Positions 7,645 to 13,211 of a stretch of 13,451 bases of DNA are shown here, one piece after another (positions within the stretch are counted from its first letter, which is position 1; each line of letters starts with the position of its first letter). The notes below the pieces were generated by a model that saw nothing but the letters and a program-made list of their open reading frames with translations, was not told the origin of the DNA and ran no database searches. The DNA is from a virus. Both the position numbers and the translations under genes were made by a program. The stretch lies in IMG/VR virus record IMGVR_UViG_3300045988_086948, positions 1 to 13,451 of that record, one strand, 5' to 3'.

Positions 7645-7664
7645 AATGTTTCACGTGAAACATT
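7645..7664. promoter_or_regulatory. Copy 2 of the palindrome, 20-bp form AATGTTTCACGTGAAACATT
   Basis: Perfect 20-bp palindrome ending 14 nt before ATG 7630 of the holin-like gene. It is downstream (minus sense) of the structured RNA element. Confidence 0.7.
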
Positions 7665-7677
7665 AATAGCGGTATAC

Positions 7678-7778
7678 TGTAATGTAGGGAAGTCCGACTC
7701 TTGAGGTGGACGACCTCATGCACCACAGTTCCGCTGTTTGTCCTTGTGCTACGGACTTATGTTCTCCCTACACGTACA
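7678..7778 (-). ncRNA. Structured three-way-junction RNA element (pRNA-like candidate or structured late-mRNA leader)
   Basis: All pairs are Watson-Crick. The closing helix is 7683-7690/7765-7772 (TGTAGGGA/TCCCTACA), continued by 7691-7696/7752-7757 (AGTCCG/CGGACT) across a 7-nt bulge, and extended outward by 7678-7681/7775-7778. Hairpin 1 is 7702-7707/7713-7718 with loop GGACG. Hairpin 2 is 7720-7723/7746-7749 plus 7725-7728/7734-7737. The strand is chosen because a TTGACA-17-TATCAT promoter would fire into it on the minus strand. The helices alone do not determine the strand. Confidence 0.45.
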
Positions 7779-7806
7779 TGATATTACATATGAAAGTAGC
7801 TGTCAA
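7778..7806 (-). promoter_or_regulatory. Sigma-A/sigma-70-type promoter (candidate late promoter)
   Basis: Minus strand: TTGACA (7806..7801), a 17-nt spacer, then TATCAT (7783..7778). It lies in the last codons of the ATPase gene. The predicted start is around 7771-7773, the first bases of the closing helix of the RNA element. Confidence 0.5.
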
Positions 7807-8848
7807 GAAGAAATTTCGATTCTATGTCTTCAAAATATATCTTGTCTTCCAAATAGTTAATGTTCCATATCCATGAATAGTACCGTTTAAAAGCTTTGAT
7901 GTTCTTTTCATTGATTCCGATAAAAGTTCGTAATGGTTCGCCCTGTTTATGTTTACATACATAGAGCATATCTGAGGACTTGTGTTCATAAATGGCTATT
8001 TCTTCGAAAAATACCAATGGAAGATATTCCGACAGGTTTTGCGTCCTCACATCCGAATAATCGGTGTCATAGAACTCATTTCCAAGTGCCATTTGAGAAA
8101 ATCCGCTGTCCTTACCTACCATCTTATAGAGAGCCGTATTCTGTTTTGCCTGAGAAATAGGACTGTTACATAAATTATATAACGCAATATCTCTATCACG
8201 TAGGAACGCCGTTTCCTGATGCTTCCGTGACATATCAGCAACTTTGCGGATAAGCCCTAAACTTGCGAATAACTCACAGCCCACGTTATCTGAGTTCGAA
8301 AAGCATAACACCTGTAGAGGTGGCAGTCCTTTCAACTCCCTATTTCGGTTCATGGTTTCATAACCGTGAAGAAAAGACGTTGCAATTCCTTTTGGAACAC
8401 GGTCACCTTTCTGCGGAATGAACTCATCCCATATCCACACAGACACATCCTCGGCAGAAAATCCACGTAAATTTGCTAATGTAGTGATAGCTGACGCATA
8501 ACCGATAGGTTGACCAACTGGTACAAGTCTGTCTTTCTCATTGAGTTCTGTGTGATAGAATCCTGCAATATCATCTACAGGGAATGGCTGTATATTCCAA
8601 TCATTATCTGCATTTAACGGTTTGAATGGTGACAACTCAATGTTTTTAATCTTGTCAAGCTGAGTTTGTTTTGTTCTAGAATACATGAAAGTCTTGTTGT
8701 GTTCCACGACATATTTCAGACCACCATATGTCTTGCCCGTACCACGCCCGCCCCAGATAAAGTTAAAGGGATAGCCTTTTTGGACTATCCCCTCAACATC
8801 CAGATAACCTTGCGTTGTGTACAGGCTCTTGGATTTATTCTTTGACAT
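7784..8848 (-). CDS. DNA packaging (encapsidation) ATPase, phi29 gp16-like, 354 aa
   Basis: I place the start at ATG 8848 (MSKNKSKS...), overlapping the SSB stop by 14 nt. The ORF-track start 9001 runs through the SSB gene. Walker A is IWGGRGTGKTYG, Walker B is VWIWDEF, followed by ETMNRNRE...LCFSNSDNV. These are colinear with remembered gp16 VIGARGIGKSYA / IVFDEF / DTVFRNRE...ICLSNAVSV. Confidence 0.9.
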   Translation of the reverse strand: MSKNKSKSLYTTQGYLDVEGIVQKGYPFNFIWGGRGTGKTYGGLKYVVEHNKTFMYSRTKQTQLDKIKNIELSPFKPLNADNDWNIQPFPVDDIAGFYHTELNEKDRLVPVGQPIGYASAITTLANLRGFSAEDVSVWIWDEFIPQKGDRVPKGIATSFLHGYETMNRNRELKGLPPLQVLCFSNSDNVGCELFASLGLIRKVADMSRKHQETAFLRDRDIALYNLCNSPISQAKQNTALYKMVGKDSGFSQMALGNEFYDTDYSDVRTQNLSEYLPLVFFEEIAIYEHKSSDMLYVCKHKQGEPLRTFIGINEKNIKAFKRYYSWIWNINYLEDKIYFEDIESKFLLDSYFHM

Positions 8849-9191
8849 ATTTTGCGGTGATGTACTCCCGGTTGTTCTTGCTATGTTCTGCAACGATTTC
8901 GATACATACATCTGCAACGTTGCAACGTTTTGCAAGTTCCATAATTCTGTCGAATGTGCGAACAAATGCCGCTGAGGTTGTTGCGAAAACATGACCCTCA
9001 TTGGTTGATACGGTAAGAACTTTTACCAGTTCACCCTCTGCGTTTTCTTCTTCATATAAACAGAATTTGTCAATGTGAACCTGTTTTCCTTTGAGGTCAG
9101 CACCACGTAATCTGTCTGGGGACTCAAACATATCATAACTAAGATTCATGTCCCACTCATTGTCTTTGATATTTGTTTTAATAATATTCAT
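8835..9191 (-). CDS. Single-stranded DNA-binding protein candidate (phi29 p5-like), 118 aa
   Basis: RBS AAAGGAGAA precedes ATG 9191. LTVSTNEGHVFATTSAAFVRTFDRIMEL...IEIVAEHSKNNREYITA is colinear with remembered phi29 p5 TTIFAADGSLYSAISKTVAEAASDLIDL...VKVVQGTSSKGNVFFSL. The size is similar (118 versus 124 aa). Confidence 0.5.
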   Translation of the reverse strand: MNIIKTNIKDNEWDMNLSYDMFESPDRLRGADLKGKQVHIDKFCLYEEENAEGELVKVLTVSTNEGHVFATTSAAFVRTFDRIMELAKRCNVADVCIEIVAEHSKNNREYITAKYVKE

Positions 9192-9217
9192 GTTAATTTC
9201 TCCTTTTTTTCATGTTC

Positions 9218-9235
9218 ATGTTTCACGTGAAACAT
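9218..9235. promoter_or_regulatory. Copy 3 of the palindrome ATGTTTCACGTGAAACAT
   Basis: 18-bp perfect palindrome ending 26 nt before ATG 9191 of the SSB-like gene (minus sense). Confidence 0.7.
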
Positions 9236-9253
9236 TCCAGAATGACGAAAACG

Positions 9254-9264
9254 AATGTTTCACG
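9254..9264. promoter_or_regulatory. Isolated half-site AATGTTTCACG
   Basis: It matches the left arm plus the first centre base of the 20-bp palindrome, then diverges (cacgCtat). It lies 18 nt from copy 3. Confidence 0.4.
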
Positions 9265-9340
9265 CTATAGTTCTATATTCAGTTGTAAGTGATTCGAAAA
9301 GTATGGCAATACAAGATATAAAAGGTTTTTTTTTTTACTG

Positions 9341-9622
9341 TTACTCTGTTACGACTGGTTTCATATCGTCTGGAATCTCTGGTTCATCCACTGCGCTGTC
9401 CATCTCTGCAATAGCGGCTCTTACAAAGCCTTCATCAGAAAGCTTGTAAGTATTAAACTTTGTTTCTGTAGTGATGTTTTCAACCGTAGCCCCTGCCGGA
9501 ACAAGTTCATCATCTTTCTTCATATTATTATACATTTTAACCTGCGTCCAACCCGTTCCGATGAATTCCTTTGTGACAAGCTTAATATCATCACTGTCTT
9601 TTTCTTTGATACTCAGTGTCAT
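9341..9622 (-). CDS. Acidic-tailed small protein, possible p6-like dsDNA-binding (histone-like) protein, 93 aa
   Basis: It is the first gene of the minus arm and lies directly upstream of the p5-like gene, which is the phi29 6-then-5 order. FNTYKLSDEGFVRAAIAEMDSAVDEPEIPDD resembles remembered p6 TEVYELPVEKFLEVATVRVEKDEDQEEQTE, including the acidic C-terminal tail. ATG 9622 has no obvious Shine-Dalgarno site. Confidence 0.35.
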   Translation of the reverse strand: MTLSIKEKDSDDIKLVTKEFIGTGWTQVKMYNNMKKDDELVPAGATVENITTETKFNTYKLSDEGFVRAAIAEMDSAVDEPEIPDDMKPVVTE

Positions 9623-9772
9623 AACTGTAGTTGTAATTGTTCTTACTATTGTACCGGAATCTCCTTTCTTATATTATAATTGTTTTGGACTTCTGTCCTG
9701 TGAAAGTGTTTCTCTCAAGGACATTATTATAGTAACATAATATTTCGGTTTTGTCAGCAATTTTTCGAATTG

Positions 9773-9791
9773 ATTGTTGACATTCAACAAT
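9773..9791. promoter_or_regulatory. Operator-like palindrome ATTGTTGA-cat-TCAACAAT overlapping the -35 box
   Basis: It has 8-bp perfect arms separated by 3 nt. TTGACA (9777..9782) is embedded in it. Confidence 0.45.
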
Positions 9792-9805
9792 AAGTGTGAT
9801 ATTAT
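9777..9805 (+). promoter_or_regulatory. Near-consensus extended -10 promoter for the plus (early/replication) arm
   Basis: TTGACA (9777..9782), a 17-nt spacer ending in TGa, then TATTAT (9800..9805). The RBS AAAGGAG (9835..9841) and ATG 9850 lie about 40 nt downstream. Confidence 0.65.
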
Positions 9806-9849
9806 ATAAGTGTTCCAGAAATAGTACTTATATGAAAGGAGTTTTAACA

Positions 9850-10101
9850 ATGACTAAAAAAGAGATAGTTGAGACACTGGATAAACTGTATAATGAAATT
9901 GAAAAAGGTACTGACATGTATGTGTATATCAATAGTATCATGTTCACCACTCATTTTGGAGAGAATGCCAGAATGGAAGTTAAGAAACCTTGTGCTGATG
10001 ACAGCATGTATTGGTTTTTCATGTTTTCTGGTTATGGCGTGACTGCCGCTGTTATGAGTGCTAATATCCATGATATTAAGATTGAGGTAGTGGAGAAATG
10101 A
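9850..10101 (+). CDS. Early protein of unknown function, 83 aa
   Basis: I place the start at ATG 9850 (MTKKEIVETL...), 8 nt after AAAGGAG. The ORF-track start 9796 lies inside the promoter. I recognise no motif. Confidence 0.6.
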   Translation: MTKKEIVETLDKLYNEIEKGTDMYVYINSIMFTTHFGENARMEVKKPCADDSMYWFFMFSGYGVTAAVMSANIHDIKIEVVEK

Positions 10102-10172
10102 GTTTGTTCTTGTTAGGATTATGTGTTGGTTTAATTGTGGGGTTCGTCATAGACGGACTTCACAATGACTAA
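10098..10172 (+). CDS. Possible 24-aa hydrophobic micropeptide (MSLFLLGLCVGLIVGFVIDGLHND)
   Basis: Its ATG overlaps the upstream TGA as ATGA. GAGGT lies 9 nt upstream. The peptide is a single TM-length hydrophobic stretch. It is too short for any statistical support. Confidence 0.25.
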   Translation: MSLFLLGLCVGLIVGFVIDGLHND

Positions 10173-10190
10173 TGTTTCACGTGAAACATT
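10171..10190. promoter_or_regulatory. Copy 4 of the palindrome, 20-bp form AATGTTTCACGTGAAACATT
   Basis: Perfect 20-bp palindrome ending 22 nt before ATG 10213 of the RHH gene, which is the head of the RHH, terminal protein and polymerase block. Confidence 0.7.
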
Positions 10191-10212
10191 TCAAGAATGA
10201 AAGGAGAAAACG

Positions 10213-10386
10213 ATGAAAACAGTAAGTGTTAATTTTCAAGAAGATATCTTGAAAAACCTTGATGAACTTGCTTCTAAACTGGGTACTTCAAGAAGTAATG
10301 CATTAATGATAGTATTAAGAGAGAATGTGATACTCTCTTTAATAGGAAAGGAATGTGGAAAATATGGCAAAGAAATCTGCAAGTAG
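10213..10386 (+). CDS. Ribbon-helix-helix (CopG/Arc/MetJ-like) DNA-binding protein, 57 aa
   Basis: It is not in the ORF track because it is shorter than 60 aa. RBS AAAGGAGAA lies 4 nt before ATG 10213. KTVSVNF (beta strand), EDILKNLDELASKLG (helix A), TSRS turn and NALMIVLRE (helix B) form the canonical RHH layout. It sits immediately upstream of the terminal protein gene, the position of regulator p4 in phi29. Confidence 0.6.
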   Translation: MKTVSVNFQEDILKNLDELASKLGTSRSNALMIVLRENVILSLIGKECGKYGKEICK

Positions 10387-10870
10387 AATACAGCTTGAAG
10401 TCAAATACAGAGAGTTGAGAAAGAAACTTACAGGTCAGATAGCAAAAGTTTCTAAGAGTGCTTATGCAAAAGACGTAGAAGCGGCGAGGGCTTATATTGA
10501 ACCTAGAATTCCAGTTGTTTCAAAGATTAAGTCTAAACGTAACTTGGAAATGGCAATTCGTGAAGTAGAAGCGGCATTGAAGAACAAGACATTTGTGATA
10601 GCTGAGAGAAAACGACAGCGTAAGGCGGCAGTTGAAAGACTAAATATTACGTTTGGGACTAATCAGTTCAAGAATTGGAGACAAGCATCAAAGTTCTATG
10701 ATTTTATGAATCTTGTAAGAACACATTCCGAAGATATCATATATGACAGCGATAAAGCCGCCGATATCTACCTTGAACACACCAATGAACCATCACAAAA
10801 AATATTAGAGAGATATCGTGAGTATGAATCAGAATTCCGTAAAAGAAGTCCCAAGAGAGTGCGTTTCTGA
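10355..10870 (+). CDS. Terminal protein (replication primer) candidate, 171 aa (168 aa if ATG 10364 is used)
   Basis: It lies directly upstream of the protein-primed polymerase gene and overlaps it, as phi29 gene 3 does. The basic N-terminus EVKYRELRKKLTGQIAKVSKSAY resembles remembered phi29 TP KAEYARLVKNTKAKIARTKKKY. QFKNWRQASKF resembles QFNKWKEQASSF. The start is ambiguous: GTG 10355 or ATG 10364 (GGAAAGGA lies 11 nt upstream of the ATG). Confidence 0.55.
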   Translation: MENMAKKSASRIQLEVKYRELRKKLTGQIAKVSKSAYAKDVEAARAYIEPRIPVVSKIKSKRNLEMAIREVEAALKNKTFVIAERKRQRKAAVERLNITFGTNQFKNWRQASKFYDFMNLVRTHSEDIIYDSDKAADIYLEHTNEPSQKILERYREYESEFRKRSPKRVRF

Positions 10871-12920
10871 CATTATCAAAAGTATACCAATTGCAAGAAA
10901 CTACAGTAAAAGAAAGAAAGCAGATAAGACATTATTCCGCAACTGTATGTGTGCTTTCGATATTGAAACAACTTATCTTGATGATGTTGAACAGAGTATT
11001 ATGTACATCTGGCAGTTCGCCGTGATGGACTTGCGAACAGAAAATATTTGGTACTGTTTCGGTAGAACGTGGGATGAATTTTTAGGGTTGTTGAACAGCT
11101 TCTACCATGAGGGTATTACCGTTATGATATGGGTTCATAACTTGAGTTATGAATTTCAGTTTATGCGGCACTGGTTGCCTTTTATGAAAGACAAGATATT
11201 TGCCCTCAAGTCAAGAAAAGTTGTGAGAGCGGATATTGACGGAGTACAGTTTAGGTGCTCCTATATACAAACTAACAAGAGTTTGGACGCATTCACAAAA
11301 GACATGGGTGTGAAGCATCAAAAGCTCAGTGGGGTTGAATTTGACTACTCAAAGAAACGTTATCCATGGACTGAAATGACAGAATATGAATTAACATATG
11401 GGTGTAATGATGTTGTCGGTCTACTCGAAGCAATGAAAGTTAGAATGGATATGGAACATGACACGTTGTATTCTATACCACTTACTTCTACGGGATATGT
11501 TCGGCGGCTTGCCAAGAATGCAATGAAGTCATTCAATCATAATCAGCTACAGGCTATGATGTGTAATACCGATGTATATAGACTGTTAAGACTTGAGTTC
11601 CGTGGTGGTGATACACACGCTAATAGGTATCATGTTAATAAGATACTTGAGAACGTGGCAAGTTTTGACCGCGCAAGTAGCTATCCAGACGTTATGCTAA
11701 ATTATAAGTTTCCTATGAGTGCATTCACACCAAGGATGATAACTGATATAGAGGAACTTGAGCGGAAGTGTAAAATCAGAGATTGCTGTTTCATTGCTGT
11801 GTTTACTATCACTCATTTACAACAGAGGGATATATATTACGGAGCACCGTACCTTAGTCTTGATAAGGCTGTCGAGATAAGTGGTCAAGTAGTTGACAAT
11901 GGGCGTGTATTGAGTGCTGACCAGGCTGTATATGTGTTTAATGATATTGACTGGAAGATAGTCAAGAGTGAGTATGTCGGTGAAGTTGAGATAAGTCAAG
12001 TGTATATTGCTAAATATGGGTATTTGCCACAAGCATTTAGGAATCTGGTCATTGACTTGTTTCACAAGAAAACATCACTCAAGAACGTTGACGGTCAAGA
12101 GTTAAACTACATGAGGAGTAAAGAGTTGATTAACTCACTGTATGGGATGTGTGCTCAGAACCCTGTTAAGCCAGATGTAATATATATGGATGAACCCGAA
12201 CAGGCTTTTAAGTTAGAAGATATAAAAGATATAGGAGAAAAACTTGAGAAATATAACAAGAAAGCATTCCTGTTATATGCGTGGGGCTGTTGGGTAACTG
12301 CATGGGCTAGACTCAAATTGAAAGAGATGATAAACATTGTTGGAGATAATTTTGTATATTGTGACACTGATTCTGTCAAGTTCCTTGTTCGTAATGATTA
12401 TAATAGAATTGTGGCAAGGATAGAGGAATATAATCAGGGTCTAAAAGAACTTAGTATATCAAACAAAGGATATGCTGATGACAAAAAAGGCATTACACAT
12501 TATTTAGGTGTATATGAATATGAAGAAACATATAAACAGTTTAAAACGTTAGGAGCGAAAAAGTATGCATACACTAGACAAGACGGAACATTTAAAATTA
12601 CAATCGCAGGAGTACCCAAGAAAGCGGGGGCGAGAGAAATGGAAACAATCGAAAACTTCAATGTTGGTTTCGTATTCCGTGATTCGGGTAAGTTGGAATC
12701 AGTATACAATGACAGTGATTACGGAACTTACTATACAGATGATTCATCAGAACATCGAATTGAGATTCGTTCAAATGTTGTGTTACGAGAATCAACGTAT
12801 GAAATCGGTCTTTCGTTGGAGTACATGTATCTTTTGGCATCTGTTGGAAATTGGAATAGATTTATAACACAAGAAAGGTTGAAATGGGATGAACAGAGAA
12901 TTATTGGAAATCAGGGATGA
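10818..12920 (+). CDS. Protein-primed family-B DNA polymerase (phi29 gp2-like), 700 aa
   Basis: Exo I is FDIETT, Exo II is HNLSYEFQF, Exo III is YGCNDVVGLLEA. Motif A is DRASSYPDVM, motif B is KELINSLYGMCAQ, with TAWARL. Motif C is VYCDTDSVKF. The KxY motif is GAKKYAY. ENFNVGF is also present. All are colinear with remembered phi29 polymerase. The start is GTG 10818 or ATG 10824. Confidence 0.95.
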   Translation: MSMNQNSVKEVPRECVSDIIKSIPIARNYSKRKKADKTLFRNCMCAFDIETTYLDDVEQSIMYIWQFAVMDLRTENIWYCFGRTWDEFLGLLNSFYHEGITVMIWVHNLSYEFQFMRHWLPFMKDKIFALKSRKVVRADIDGVQFRCSYIQTNKSLDAFTKDMGVKHQKLSGVEFDYSKKRYPWTEMTEYELTYGCNDVVGLLEAMKVRMDMEHDTLYSIPLTSTGYVRRLAKNAMKSFNHNQLQAMMCNTDVYRLLRLEFRGGDTHANRYHVNKILENVASFDRASSYPDVMLNYKFPMSAFTPRMITDIEELERKCKIRDCCFIAVFTITHLQQRDIYYGAPYLSLDKAVEISGQVVDNGRVLSADQAVYVFNDIDWKIVKSEYVGEVEISQVYIAKYGYLPQAFRNLVIDLFHKKTSLKNVDGQELNYMRSKELINSLYGMCAQNPVKPDVIYMDEPEQAFKLEDIKDIGEKLEKYNKKAFLLYAWGCWVTAWARLKLKEMINIVGDNFVYCDTDSVKFLVRNDYNRIVARIEEYNQGLKELSISNKGYADDKKGITHYLGVYEYEETYKQFKTLGAKKYAYTRQDGTFKITIAGVPKKAGAREMETIENFNVGFVFRDSGKLESVYNDSDYGTYYTDDSSEHRIEIRSNVVLRESTYEIGLSLEYMYLLASVGNWNRFITQERLKWDEQRIIGNQG

Positions 12921-13047
12921 TTTAAAAGGAACTCTTGACGCTATGTTATTTAGCAATGACCCCACAGAGTTGAACAGCTTGTTAATTCAAGCGGCAAAAG
13001 ATTTGCTTAATTATCAGCAAGCAATAAAGAAAGGTAATAGGTGGTAA
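12889..13047 (+). CDS. Small helical protein of unknown function, 52 aa
   Basis: It is not in the ORF track. ATG 12889 lies 10 nt after GAAAGG and the ORF overlaps the polymerase 3' end by 32 nt. The translation is MNRELLEIRDDLKGTLDAMLFSNDPTELNSLLIQAAKDLLNYQQAIKKGNRW. Confidence 0.35.
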   Translation: MNRELLEIRDDLKGTLDAMLFSNDPTELNSLLIQAAKDLLNYQQAIKKGNRW

Positions 13048-13049
13048 GA

Positions 13050-13205
13050 ATGTGTGAAAAGAATTGTTATAATACGGGTGACAACAAAGACCTCAAGTGT
13101 GAGTTATGTCTGTCGGCTCGAAATCAGGGTCAAAAAGCTATCCCACCAGAGTGGGTTGACTATTATATGGCTAAGTTCCAAAGACCGAAATATGGTCGAA
13201 TATGA
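13050..13205 (+). CDS. Cys-rich micro-protein (CX3C-X10-CX2C, zinc-ribbon-like), 51 aa
   Basis: It is not in the ORF track. AGGTGG lies 5 nt before ATG 13050. The translation is MCEKNCYNTGDNKDLKCELCLSARNQGQKAIPPEWVDYYMAKFQRPKYGRI. It stops 6 nt before ITR-R. I prefer it over the overlapping 67-aa GTG ORF 13054..13257, which runs through the ITR terminator hairpin. Confidence 0.4.
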   Translation: MCEKNCYNTGDNKDLKCELCLSARNQGQKAIPPEWVDYYMAKFQRPKYGRI

Positions 13206-13211
13206 GAGAGT

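Noticed and set aside
7649-7678. Plus-strand promoter-like TTCACG-17-TATACT, built partly from palindrome copy 2 and pointing into the structured RNA.
   Set aside because: The -35 match is weak (4 of 6). The same arrangement is not reproduced at copies 3 and 4, and at copies 1 and 2 on the minus strand the apparent -10 overlaps the start codon. I kept it only as an alternative strand hypothesis for the RNA element.
7691-7757. GTCCG/CGGAC in the inner helix of the RNA element is the same pentamer as the ITR motif, suggesting an RNA-ITR link.
   Set aside because: A pentamer is expected roughly ten times in this genome by chance, and other copies exist (for example 6243..6248 and 10154..10158). 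The support is insufficient.
7784-9001. The 405-aa form of the ATPase ORF, starting at 9001.
   Set aside because: The first 51 codons lie inside the SSB-like gene in another frame. ATG 8848 gives a typical short overlap with the upstream stop and leaves the Walker A motif at a gp16-like distance from the N-terminus.
9326-9336. T11 homopolymer just downstream (minus sense, A11) of the 93-aa gene stop, considered as a terminator or slippage site.
   Set aside because: No adjacent GC hairpin is present, and the tract lies outside the coding sequence. It is probably just AT-rich spacer, although it could be a sequencing-error-prone site.
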